The notes under the pieces were generated by a model, which saw only the letters and a list, made by a program, of their open reading frames with translations, made no database searches and had not been told where the DNA came from. From Phoronis australis (Eukaryota; Animalia; Phoronida), in contig NMRA01000015.1 of the NCBI GenBank assembly GCA_002633005.1, forward strand, positions 613,239-677,238: DNA of 64,000 bases. The letters are read 5' to 3'. The position numbers were made by a program, and so were the translations under genes. This document shows, in pieces, positions 1-13,585 of this stretch (positions are counted from its first letter, which is position 1; the number at the start of each line of letters is the position of its first letter).

Positions 1-1399
1 TATACGAATGTTTCTGGCAAAGTGGGAATTATTCCTTTTACTTTAAACTCATTAATACTTACTTTATATCATTTGGCACATTCGCACACTCAGCCTTTAA
101 AGTTGGGGGGGGGGGGGGGGTNGGGGGGGGGTTAAATTGAGAATGAGGACCTTTTACTAAAAAAAGAAAAAAACGGAGTACGTTCAGAGCTATGAATTGA
201 GCATTCGCCGAATTACTGCCTTTTTAGTGGACGTTTGTCTCGTTTTCTACCTTTTTCGGACTTTATGTTTCTCTTAGGCAGACCTTTTTGCCCACTGGTG
301 ACTTCGCCAAATGGGAAACTCGTTGGAGCCCCCGAGCCTCCCCTGAGTGCGCGCATGTGGTACCATGGTAAATTTTCTTCCTGAAGTTATTTCGCCACCA
401 AATGGTATTCTGTCGTTCATTGTTATTTGTTGGCAGTCAGTCGCCCGGCCATAATGGAAGTCGCGGGAGACCACCACCGGTATCTTAATTAGTTTCCGTC
501 TCAGTAAATTTATTTTTGATATTTTCGCAAGTTTAATCGCCAGGATATTTTAACTGTATAGCAGTTATAATCAATTATTTTGAAGTTGCATGTTCGTTGT
601 TCTGTTTATACTGTTTGTTTACCAGAGTTAATTTCACCCAGTAAAACACGCTTAGCCTAGCTCACAATAGTCGGCCTTGTTATTCAATCATTGGCACCGC
701 ACTGTGACTAGTCCGTAATTTTATGCAAGTGTATGAACCTATCTTTGCATCATGCATACGGCATTTATGATTTGAACCATTTATTCCATTAAAACAGCTG
801 GGGACGGCATGCCTTCGTCTTTCGCCAGTGCAGTGGTCTCGATCGGTCCTCACCGAGTCAGGTTGCAGATCCGGATCTGCAAAATAATTTCTGTCAAAAT
901 TTATTTTGTCACATTTTGTCAACAATTTCAGTACAAATTGTCCCTTTCTTGGTTCCACGTTAAGGTCCGATATCGATTATTTTGTCCCCGTTTGCAGGCT
1001 GGTTTCCGTAACTGACAAAAACTGCTCCAGTCGCACACTCAGCCGACGTTCTTAGCCCCGCTGGGTTCCTGAATGAATTTTGCTTCCGGTTTCGCAGTTA
1101 GTTCAAAATGGCGGTGTGTTCTTCGGGTCGGAATCGTGAGTGGCGCATTCATTTACACTGCATGTCTTCCACTACGGATTGGGTATTGGTTGTGGGATAG
1201 GTACTTCGTGGTTCCTTATAATTTCTTTATAATTTCTTCTAACCATTAATAAGGGTTAAAAACGTGTGCAACTAGGACTTTAAGCAAACCTTACGCTAAC
1301 AAGATTTGCACGCAAATGGACGTTTACCACGATTGTCCAGCGAACTAGGCCTACTATCTGAGGGTCGAATGCGCTGTCACCGATTGAAGGAAGCTATTG

Positions 1400-1681
1400 A
1401 CTTTTCATGGGGCTGGCTGAGTTTGTTGGATGAGATAACTGCGTTCGTAAACCAACACGCCTATTTAGCATACGAGTTTCTAAGTCAAAAACCGAACACG
1501 GGAAAAGACCAACATGACTGTTTTTATTTTTAAAATCGAGGCATTATAAGAGAAATTAGCGAATACATTTTCTTCAGCATCCCAGTTAAGCAATGAGCAT
1601 TAATTTGTGAATCGATTCTGACGGCCGGGTTAGTCACAGACTGGCACAATCTAGGTTAAGGCTCGCTTAGGCGTTGGGTAC
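1400..1681. repeat. Dispersed repeat, inverted copy at about 15315-15670
   Basis: gcattataagagaaattagcgaata...ggctcgcttaggcg matches the reverse complement of 15320-15460. Confidence 0.7.
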
Positions 1682-1721
1682 AACCCCACAACTCTTTGCA
1701 CTTAGAACGTCTAACGCTATG

Positions 1722-2043
1722 CAGGGGCGGATCCAGGAGTTTGAGTGAGGGGGGGGCAGGGCACAGGAATAAGCAGCATATCGGCAGATGCGCGCGCCCA
1801 GCCTAAAATGTGGGGATGCAGGGGTCTTGAATTCTTAAGTTTGCGGACCTGTTGACTAAAAAAATAAAAAAACGGTAAACGGGGTTTATTCAGGGCCTAT
1901 GCGTTGATTATTAACCCCCAAGACCCCCTGGTTGCGCGCATGTGCTAGTCAGCAGTTCGTACCCAAACTCACAAATGGGATCTGGTACAATTTTAGGGGG
2001 GGGGGGGCATGGCCCCCTTGCCCCCCCCCTAAATCCGCCAAGG
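1722..2043. mobile_element. hAT5-like MITE (CAGGGGCGGAT TIR)
   Basis: TIRs plus 5-bp TSD CTATG. Confidence 0.75.
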
Positions 2044-2086
2044 CTATGCGTAATAAGTTGGTGTAGATATTCCCAAGTTGTTTCAG

Positions 2087-2197
2087 ATCCGTGCGATGGA
2101 AGAAGGTGCCAAAGAGACTGTGTTGTTGTCAACAACGTGGCCTGGTGCATATGCCTGGAAAACGAATTTTTAAACGAAGACAGCACCACGTGTACAC
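2087..2197 (+). CDS. EGF-like exon 1 (PCDGRRCQRDCVVVNNVAWCICLENEFLNEDSTTCT)
   Basis: tttcag|...|gtgagt, 111 nt, 6 Cys. Confidence 0.9.
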
Positions 2198-5100
2198 GTG
2201 AGTAGTTTTGTGAATGACCCATCCCAAGGTTCAGCCTATATTATAGTTCTGTAGAACCTTCCAGAAAGCACGTGCCATATTAGTTCATATGACAGGCCAA
2301 AGAAGATTTTTGAAGTACGTCAAACACATTTTACAGTGTAGGCCTACATGGAAAACGATTTTTCATGGTTTCAACAGACTGGTTGGTTTTTTCACTCCTG
2401 ACGCGGAGCGTTTATGGAGGAGGATTGGTTTATCGCCACAAGTGATTGCGAATAGTTTATAACGTTGTTGTGATTCCTTTACTTATTAATGTAAACTGTA
2501 AAATCCATTTGTGCATATACACGCACATCCCCGAGTACTCACGGATGCAAAAGTATGAAGTAGGATTAAAAGAGAATGCCACCCAAAAAACAACCAATTT
2601 TGTATCAGATCGAGTAGTTCTACTCGATAACGGCAGGTTCGGTTGCGTTACCTGACACCTGACGGCAGACGGAGGTGTTGAAATTATCCGATGACGTAAT
2701 TGGTTTCACACGCAGTCTGTTCAGCAGTTCACAACACGGGTTAGTAGTGTCAGCTTATCGCTTGAATTTATCGTTTAAAAGCAATAATTCATCAAACTTC
2801 GAAATAAAACCCTTAAAAGTACACCGAGTTCTTATAAAAACGTGTTGTTTTATTTCGCTGTTACGGATTTACTGGTCTCTTGGACACACCGTAGCCTACA
2901 AAGTTCGGCACTGAGGCCAATTTACCAAGGTCCGTAGTAGGAGTTTGGGGTCTGTTCGGAGATAAATTCGAAGTATTCTTCCGTGAAATACAGACAGGAT
3001 AACCTAGATCTATGTTGTTCATACTTGTGATTTTTTTAGTTCTCAACACACAAAACGCTTGTTATCCCGGCCAGTGGCTCGGAACCCGATCAGACCCGTC
3101 GCAGGCCGCCAAGACTGGCACGAACATAAACCAGCTTGAGTTGGAAACTAAACCTCTAGTCACGAAAAGACTATAATAGTGAGCCAAAGAAATAAATTAT
3201 TCATGTGAATTAGCCACGATACTGAAAATCTACTTACTTGTCGGGGACCGCGAAGTCGGGTTCCCCTTCTACAGACCGTCAGCTAGGCAAAGGTTGTACA
3301 GTAACAATGCTTTGAATAATGTATTTGTATTTCTAATTAAGATTCCCCTAACATGTGACAATAGCATATAAAATCGAGTAATTGTTTCACAACAGCTTTC
3401 TGTCAGCAAACACTTTGCGTTCACACGGCCTTGGTGCCCGGTCTATTACATTTGTTGCCGGCATCAAAAGCCGGTAACGCAGTGGTTTATTCATATTGCT
3501 GGCTTCTCAAAACACTCAAGAGCACTCCAAGGCATTACAAATAGAATCTAATGGGACAGACTTTCAGTTTCATGTAAGCATTGGTTAGGATCATTTTAGG
3601 ATGAGAATAATTCATTTTGAAACAGATGCAGAATAATAAACGTCTACATGGCAACTCGCCCGGCGCCAATCCCGACTTACTGAGTCAAGAGCTCATCCGA
3701 CGAAGACTTCACGGATCGTTAGGTTTCACAGGCTATCAGTTCGAACCAGAATACCCTGATCAAGAAATACAAGAGAGGCGTCGTGAACATACATAGGCAA
3801 CGGAACGTATGGATAGTTCTTTGGTAAGCCGGAATTCGTCACTGAGACAAATCATTGTCGACGAAATGCCGGCCACAGAAACGGAGATGTTTCCCCGGCC
3901 TCATACTTGCTGTTAACAGCATACCTTTCATTCTTCACTACCGCGAGCCACTTCCTAAACATTTCGAGCTCTCGAGGAAGTCGAAAAAACGATATTCCCG
4001 CTTTTTTCGCAGCTTTCTAGTTCGGACAAGCGGGAACCGATGCACCGCAATATAGCGGCATTCACTCTGCAGACGAAGCACTGACGTCCGCTGCGTCGCT
4101 TCTCACCTTCCTCACAGGTTAACGCGACACCTCTCGGAAAGGTGAGGTCGACCGTATAAGAGGCGATGTGGATATAGACCGATTAAGACGGTAAAAAAAG
4201 ACTAATTAAATCGGGTGGCATTCTCCTTTAAAGACTAAAAATGTCCTCAAAACATAGAATGCAGAATCGAGAAGTGATAAACTTCACAACTACCAGCAAA
4301 CATGTTTCTCCAACAGAAATGAGAATAACATGCCTATTGAGAGATTTAAAAATAGGTTTCAAACATGTCCCCCGTCAAACTTTCGTGCATTAATTTTTTG
4401 TTCTCCGTTTGGGAATGGTGCGCAACAGTAGTATTTATTGTACGGATGCTGTTCTGATTTACAGCCGTTATTCCTTGTGAGGAGACGGTGAAGGCGAATC
4501 TGAATTGCATGGATTTCTGTCATCTCATATCAGCTGATAACCCCGTATGTCGATGCAACAGTGAAAATTTTAGGGAAAAGTACCTAAGGAACACGAACTG
4601 CAAAAGTGAGTTTCCATTCTGAACACATGGGACAATTTTACGTTGATTTGTACTCCTGAAATCAAGCTCCGGCATGAAATCGTTCTATTCTACTTGAAAT
4701 CGAACTCGAAATTACTTTTGACATTTCCCATTCTACTTTGGAACGAAGATAAGTTTCCATTATTATGCTTTTTGCAGATGAGTCTCTAGTTCTGCAAGTT
4801 CACACTTGATAACTCCTAGATTTGATCTACAATTTCGAGTAAAAACGCGAGATTTCGAGATCAGAGTCGAACTTAATTTAGGCTGGGGTCATCAAACGCA
4901 AATTCACGTAAAGCAACTGGAGCGACAGAATTAGAGAAAGCTCTTGAGTTCGCGCCAAAGCAGAACGAAATATGCCAAAAATATTTCCAGTTCGATTTCG
5001 AGTTCAAAGGTTAGACGCCGTACCTAGATTCCACAGAGGAGCTGACATTGTCCTTGGTGGATGTATCTGAGTGTCTGACAAATTTCGAACGTTTTGGATG

Positions 5101-8100
5101 TTACAGTACACGATGTCATCTATTTACAGATGCCGACTTAAATTCAATGGCACTTTTTGAAAATTCTTCTAGTATCTTGCAATACTTGGATGGAAATTAG
5201 TAAATGTTGAAAATTGTGAAAAACCTACAATATTATGTCGGTAAAGGAATTTCTTGTTGAAGTTAGTTAAAGGAAACACATGGGATATGATTTAAACTTT
5301 CTCATCCGTTTTCTTCACGTTTCGAAAGCATGGAAGGAAAACAGGAATTGCTTAGTGTTTGAACTGGTGACATTAAAAGACTTCCAGCTTGGGAGTTTTC
5401 CGGTCGGTAACAAGGGTAGGCTACTGTTAACACTGAGACACTTCAAATAGTTAGCAGCATGCTGGTGGTCAGCAGCAAGACCAGAGTTGCACTTTGCTTT
5501 ATGTGTTACAGACACTGACCTTTGCGTGCTCCAAAAATGTAAAGAGATGTGTGTCCACGAAGGCGACAAAGTAAAGTGTGCCTGTAAAACCGGAAGAACG
5601 TTTGACGAACGAGGACGATGTCGAGGTACTGCTTTAGGGACGGCCGGGGCTCATGCTGGGGGAAGGAGGGGGGGGGGGGTTCTGTGGAGCNTTCTGTGGA
5701 GCATAACTCTCTGGGTAATAGATACGAACCAAAGTAACGCGTTGAAGCGAGTTTACAGGTTTAATCAAGAATTAGAAATATTCCTGATCATTTAAAGCAA
5801 CAAAGATGTACTTGTATGATATAACTTTTATAACTGGTAAGCATGCAACCCTTGGAATATATCGTAGCCCAACTGTAGTCGACATTCCTTCATCGCACGG
5901 GCGTTCTCATCCAATCAACGTTCGTTTTTCAGATGTGTAAACAGCCTTGTTTATGAGAGTTGATAATTGTATGAAGAAGTCTCTATTTCCTTTCAAATGA
6001 GATACGGCACGTGCTTTGGCGCCCCACTGGCTTGTTTAGAATATGTCAACGATGCGCAGGGCGGAACATCAAACGTTACGCTATTTGAGTTGCTTGCAGA
6101 CATGAACCCTTGCGAAAGGAAAAATATGGGTTGTGAAGACCCCGTCTGCATTCGTGACGAGAACGATAACTGGTCTTGTGGCTGCCACAAAGGGAGAGTG
6201 TTAGGAGATGACGGACATTCATGCTACTGTAAGTCACACCTCTTACGTCTTCTTACGACGACAACTCTACATTTACGATCGTTTAGAATTCGGTGGCCGT
6301 ACAAGCCGTCTCGAGCTAAGTGTCAAGATGATTCGAAAACCATAGACATTTGTCTATATTTGCCGGGGGACGGCCTGCCCCACTAAAACTGGCAACATTT
6401 AAACGATTAAACGGGTGACAAACCCACGCCTCCCGGCCTGTGAGAAAAATGACTTTTGATCCAGGTCATTTTCGCATGATGGCTAGTGGAGCTCTACATA
6501 GATGCTTGTCACAACTAACGTGATTTACGGCCATTTTAAAAAGCGCGTGCTGCGCCATCTTTGAAAACGTTTTGCTTCCGTTCATTCTTTGTAGTGAAAC
6601 TCTTGTTTGTTTTTTGTTGTTTTTTTAATACGACGAGTTAGCGTTACGGTTTGTCATGTTACACCTGATAAAACCACGTAACTGTATGGTGTTCATTGAT
6701 TTCCGACTGAAAAGATTCACCGCCCTAACTTGATTTATTCCGAGTTGAATATTGCACTTTTTCCTGAGCTGATCAACGCTGAAGTGGGGTCTTTAATAAC
6801 TGTTCTATCAACTCATTCATTCTGTTACTGACTTCTGTTGGATTGTGTCAGAACTAATGCGTTGTTTAGCGGCTGACACAACACTACTTTCAGATGGAGT
6901 TTAGTTATTCGTACAGTCCGTTCTCAACTGTATCAAAATTGCCAGGACAGAAACGCGAAAAAAGCTATGGTAGAAACCTGTAAAATATCTTGGCGTGAAA
7001 ACAGGCGTATTCCGCTGGTACCAATAATAGGCCTACCCGGTATCAGAAATTTATTTGACACTTTACTGAGGATAAACGTTTAACTGTCAGGTTTGAAGGT
7101 GATATCTTTATTATTGTTTTCTGGGTTGTCTGAAAACATGTTTTGCAAAATTCAAGCTGTTTTTATAAGCGGTGGCCAGTTCGCAAAAAAAAAACGTTTA
7201 GGCCTAGAACTCTAGTGAAAGGATGAACGTTCTAAACTTTTGAGGATTACGATACAAGGTAAGCCTACAGCTTACATTTGAAGGCCAGTTCAATGCTGAT
7301 TATACCGCATTAGTAGTATAGTAAGAGGTTTTGGGCGCCCGTTTTGCGGCTCCTCGGTCAAAGGTCATCTATGTGAAAGGAGGTCACGTGGGATAACTGC
7401 GATCGGGACACCTACCGGACGGATGTGTCAATGACGTCATGACGTCATAGATTTAATTAGAGAGGCAACTCGTTTTGTGGCTCCTAGCAACGGATTGAAA
7501 CAAAAGAGGGATAAGAACAAAACGTGGATTCCCTTAGTTCGTGTGCCTGTCGTTGTATATTGTGTGTTTGTCTCACCAAAAACAAAAGGCAAAAGGCGAT
7601 AACCACCCAACCCAACAACAGATGNTTTGACACTTTACTGAGGATAAACGTTTAACTGTCAGGTTTGAAGGTGATATCTTTATTATTGTTTTCTGGGTTG
7701 TCTGAAAACATGTTTTGCAAAATTCAAGCTGTTTTTATAAGCGGTGGCCAGTTCGCAAAAAAAAAAAAAAACGTTTAGGCCTAGAACTCCAGTGAAAGGA
7801 TGAACGTTCTAAACTTTTGAGGATTACGATACAAGGTAAGCCTACAGCTTACATTTGAAGGCCAGTTCAATGCTGATTATACCGCATGCTTGTTCAGTAC
7901 AATTTTTGAAGTCGTAATGTATAACATTGTTTTGTCCGTTGTACTGAGCACGTCTAACCTGAATTTGACAAAGAAAATGTCCTTAGTTTTATACTAAAAA
8001 TAAATTTTTTCTAGTACCATGCTAGTTTTTTTAAAAATGAATTAGGAATTGATGACTTTTCTTGGTAAATTGATAGGGAAGCTTTTATCAAAATGTCTCT

Positions 8101-11100
8101 CTACAGCGGCCTGTCATCCCCAGGTGAGCAAGTGCAGCGACGAATGTCACGAGGTAAACTACAAAGCCACGTGTATGTGCAATGGCAATAGAATACTGAT
8201 GGAGGACAAGGCAACGTGTCGAGGTAAAAACGTGTGGAACGCTTTTAGCGCCGCCTTGAGACAACCCAGTTGAACGCTTTTTGTAGTCCACGGCAACAAA
8301 TAACTCGCAATACACGCACCGAGAGTGCCACGCCCAATACGCACCGTCAGCGTTTAATTAATAAGATAATGCATTTTGGCCAAGTGATAATGACGACCGG
8401 GACAGGACATTCGTCCGAGACAATGAGAGTTGACTTGACAGTTGACAAGTCAAATGTATCATGTTAGTCAAGCCAAATTAAAATTGACCAAAGGGACCTT
8501 TTTGCAACGAACTTTACACTAGCTTAATTGTCATGAAGGTAACTTGTTTGCCTGGCGGCGCTGACGTCACTCACTTGATGCTTTCTTCCACTGTGTGGAA
8601 AACTCTATGGACATTATATGGAACTGTAAGCTCAGGTCTCATATCAAAGCCGCTATGCATGACCACAAAAACTTTATTCTGTCTCATATTTTGGCCCTTT
8701 GAATTCCACCGAAAAAGGAAGCGAGACACCGAAAAAGTGGCAAAAACGCAGTTTTGAGCCCAAACCATCCGACTTCCTTGCCAATACTAGATTCTGAAAG
8801 GAGATTTCCTAAAGATTTTAAAAATGTGGTTCAAAAGTGCTGTCATTCATTTAGATTTTTGCAATTCTGGTTTCCGTTTTTGAGGGCTACCTGAAATAGT
8901 TGCCCGTGCTTCAAATTTACTGTTATAACCTAAATATACATTGCAAGCAGTAATGGAATGGGTCTCCCGATTCTCCGACTTTGTCACCAACGCGTGGAAC
9001 TCGTCCAACCACATCGCCACAAACTGACGAACGTGTCCATCTGACGAGTTGTAACAAGGTGGCGCGAACGGCATTCCATAAATTTAAAACGCGTGATAAT
9101 GCGTCACAGGATTTTTTTACTGGTTTCCATTAAGTTTCCACTTTGCACCACAAATTCCAAATAGTCGACCAGTGAGAGCTAATTCAAGCACTAAAATTGC
9201 AACCCAGCATAGATAACAAAGAAATTTTAATGGTCGTCATTCTTTATTGACCTAGAGCTTTTAAGGGAGGTTTGGATGACAAAAAGTATCTTCATTTTAG
9301 TTAATTGCTTTACAGAGCAAGTTGACTTTATGATTTATTACTTGGCTAAAGTTTTTCACTCACAATTTTATGAATGCTATTTTTAGATTGTTGATTATAA
9401 TAGCGCTCATTTTCCTGTATACTATTCAGCCATTAGAAAGCCAGTTCATGCGAGTCCTTTTACGGATTATTCCGTAATCAAAATCAAGGGAAAGATTATC
9501 GCCAGAATTAAAATTGCAGGATGGCATGGCCCCCTTGATCGCCCCTAAATTTGCCACTGGTGTCTCCATGTCTTGCATAATGTCGGAACTTCACAACAAG
9601 GATTGCTACACATAATCAGATGACATGTTCTAGACTTCATACAGTGGATAACAAGTGTGAGACGAAGTACCGGAAAACTGTAGGCCAACTGTATATTTTC
9701 TCCTTATGTGGTTTGAATATGGAGCCTGTAATATTGAATTTCAATTTTGTGCTTTCTTCAATGCCCTCAGCCTGGATCATCTTCCTATCAACTGACGCCT
9801 GACGCGAGATCAGCCTGTCGTCAGTTAGAGCGTGTATCTACAAAAGTGTTTAAAACCACCAATTTCCTATCAAAACACCAAAAAAGCAGTCGATCAGTTG
9901 CCAAATTAAAACACCCGCAAATAGTATCTGACTGTTAATTAGCCGATCTCGAGTTACGAGCATTTATTGGTCGATACAAGATACCTAAAATTGAGACAAC
10001 CAATGACATCGCCAGTTATCCTTAGAGTGAAATGTAGTCAGATAGCGCTGCTCGTTCTCGCTAGTGGTTTATAGTATGATAATGGCGTTGCTCAGCGGTG
10101 GTTGTGACAACGGAGAAGCACGGATATGGCCCAAGTTTCTACAAGTATCTCCGTATTGGTGGACGTGGCATACTTGTGCTACATACGTTCATAAGTCACA
10201 CTCATGTCTGTGAAGCTGAGAAATTTTCTACCGAAGTCACTTTTTCTCGATTTTCTCTTTTTTGGGATGCCATGGTATAAAGGAAGTTTAATGATGCTGG
10301 TAATGTAGTCACTTGCTAAAACAAGGGAGAAGGTGGTTTTGTGCACTTTAAGTCTTTTAAATACAAATAGAACGCCATGTTCAACAAACCTATGCAGTTG
10401 CAGCAGTTGTGCAGTTGCCATTATTTGTGGTCTAAGAATGTACTGCAAAAATGCGCGAAATCTGGCCAGGCTAAAAGTCTACATCATCAGGCATTTTAAT
10501 GCACGTGTTCAAAGTGTGACGTACATCTTAAAAGATGTACGTCACACTTTGAACACGTGCATCATAAGCTGTCTTTCTCAAAGGCAAGCACCTCATTGAA
10601 AACGCAAAGCAAATACACTGCACGTCCATCTTTTCGTGGTTCCTTCTATAGTCGCGGTATAGGAGTAGTTCTCACTGAGTTTTGACTGGCATTGCACACA
10701 TCATTCGACTTGCTTCCTTTCTTCTACGCTGTCCAAAACTCTATGAAGAAAATGACACTCATCTTACACATGTTTCGGTGACGTCTACTGTGCACGTACA
10801 GCAATTTTCAGTTTTGGTTCATGAAAGCCTGTGGTTTTTGTGAAAATTTTGAGAGTCGTTTGAACGCTTACTAATTCCCGAATTTTCTGAAGATTTCCGC
10901 AAAAAATATTTACTCGCATGAATTTGCCATGTAGAACACCTTTGCGACCAATGGGTTCTGACGTCACTTTTCAGAACGTAACCAGTGCGAAGAGGGCGTC
11001 TGTGGACTCGGGGCCACGTGTAAAATGGTCCAAGGCCAAGCCAGATGCACCTGCGAATCTCCCTTCGTTACATCTTTTCAAAATCCATCGGACTGCGTGC

Positions 11101-13513
11101 GTGAGTAAACGATAAGATATTTAGTTTTCAAATCTCATCGATCGAGAAAAGGAGCGGAGATACATGAGTAGTCAACTGGAAGATGTGACCGGAAGGAGAT
11201 CGGAACTGGGCGATGTGTAAGGGAGAACGCACACCGAGGCCGGAGACTGACGAAACATGACAAAGTCATTGTAGACATGGTTAGGTTGGTCTCTGAGCAC
11301 ATCATGATGTTGATGACCATGAAGTGCGAAAGCTTGTATGAATATTAGTATGTATTATGTACGTGTGTATGTATGTATCAGTGGCGGATCTAGGATATCA
11401 CAAGGGGGGGCAACATTTTGTCCGGCTGTTAATTACCGGGGTTAATTAATAAATTCAACATTTCCCTACGCTCTTGCTGTTTCATTTTTTGCGGCAGCCA
11501 AGGGGGGGGCGGTCCCCCTGCCCCCCCTAAATCCGCCTATGTGTATATATACATACATGTACGTATGTATATACGTATGTATGTATAGCGGGGCGATAAT
11601 CCTCCAAAATCCACTCGGGCTCTAGATAACGGTGGATAACGACTTCGCCATGTAATAATATATGTATATGTATGTATGTATATATACATACAAACGAATA
11701 TGTATGTATGTATGTAATATGATGTATGTATTATGTATGTGTGTATGTACAAACATGCATGCATGCATGCATGTGTGCGTGTGTGTGTGTGTGTTTCATT
11801 GAATAGTAAGCTGTTCTTGGCTTTAGTTAGTTTGTTCAACAAACTTTCATAGTATCTACATAGATGGCAGTTGAAATAGTAGATCGCGGAGTTTAAGTGG
11901 CATCACGAACACAAATATATGAGTAAATATATAATAAAACACTGTGCAAAACATTTCATAATAAAGCAGTAGCGGTACTTCGACTATACTTCAGTCATCA
12001 AAGGCAAACCATAAACGCTATAAAAGCGCAATTACAGAAGGAATTTTCATGGAAACTAATGTATTATATAACGTTGTAAAATTTACTAAAATACGTATCT
12101 GTTACAACTTATGGACATTATTTATATAACGACAAGGTACGATGGAACCCAGTATCTTGGGAATTTATGTCAGGAGTTTCAGTTTTTATTATTGTCAACA
12201 ATATCTGAACGAGAAATTTTCTGTTTGTGGAGTGTTTGAAAGTGATCTTTAATTGATCCATTTTGTAAATGCATAGATAACCGGCGAGATAAAGTGCAAG
12301 TTGTACAACCTACATACCTTGAGCAATCATTGTTTGAACGAATACATTCGTTGTGGGGGCAATTGAAATGATAAATCAAGTCAGTTTTGGCTAACACTCG
12401 GACAGACTTTGAGCACATGTTGTTAACAACAAAATCTTTAGTTTTATGGTTTTGGTAATATATAATTAATGAAAGGCTATCTTCTGGTCTTAACATTATT
12501 ATGGATGATCCGTTTTAAAACTCGTTCATCTTCAATATAACGTGAATGGAATTGGTTGCGGTAGAAAAGTTTCTTGGTACAACCACTTATTTGTTTTAAA
12601 GTGTACACAACATGACTCTAGTACCTCAAAATAAATTTTATTATTATATCTTACTTGATTTCAGTGCCTTTAGTGCACAGCTCATAAAGAAACACGCAAA
12701 AATTGAAAAAAATAATTATGTACAACGTCATGGGTTGAACCCAAGTCGTTCGCCATACTGTTCGGATCAGAGACATAGTGTATAGAGTGAAGAGAAAGCA
12801 AAGTATATTTAGCGTCGAGAAGGTTCGTAGAGGGATCAAAAGATGTGTTTCCGGAGGCTGCAGCAACAGCAGCCAGGCGGAAAACGTCTCGGTGTTCCGA
12901 AGGACACCAAAGTTGCGCAGAAGTGGCATGGCTTCGTGCGCCGAACGAGAGTGTGGGACGTCATCGTGGACCAAGCGATTCGGTCCGGGGCCACTCTGTG
13001 TTCTGCCCACTTTGAGGACTCGTGTTTCGANNNNNNNNNNNNNNNNNNNNNNNNNNNNNNNNNNNNNNNNNNNNNNNNNNNNNNNNNNNNNNNNNNNNNN
13101 NNNNNNNNNNNNNNNNNNNNNNNNNNNNNNNNNNNNNNNNNNNNNNNNNNNNNNNNNNNNNNNNNNNNNNNNNNNNNNNNNNNNNNNNNNNNNNNNNNNN
13201 NNNNNNNNNNNNNNNNNNNNNNNNNNNNNNNNNNNNNNNNNNNNNNNNNNNNNNNNNNNNNNNNNNNNNNNNNNNNNNNNNNNNNNNNNNNNNNNNNNNN
13301 NNNNNNNNNNNNNNNNNNNNNNNNNNNNNNNNNNNNNNNNNNNNNNNNNNNNNNNNNNNNNNNNNNNNNNNNNNNNNNNNNNNNNNNNNNNNNNNNNNNN
13401 NNNNNNNNNNNNNNNNNNNNNNNNNNNNNNNNNNNNNNNNNNNNNNNNNNNNNNNNNNNNNNNNNNNNNNNNNNNNNNNNNNNNNNNNNNNNNNNNNNNN
13501 NNNNNNNNNNNNN

Positions 13514-13585
<72 letters not shown>

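Noticed and set aside
5680-5702. 11-bp direct repeat TTCTGTGGAGC
   Set aside because: Flanks a single N; contig-join overlap.
9645-9822. Possible 14th EGF exon (DNKCET... / QCPQPG..YQLTPDARSAC)
   Set aside because: Halves are in different frames, Cys count and spacing are wrong, no good donor, and it overlaps a dispersed repeat related to 41230-41400.
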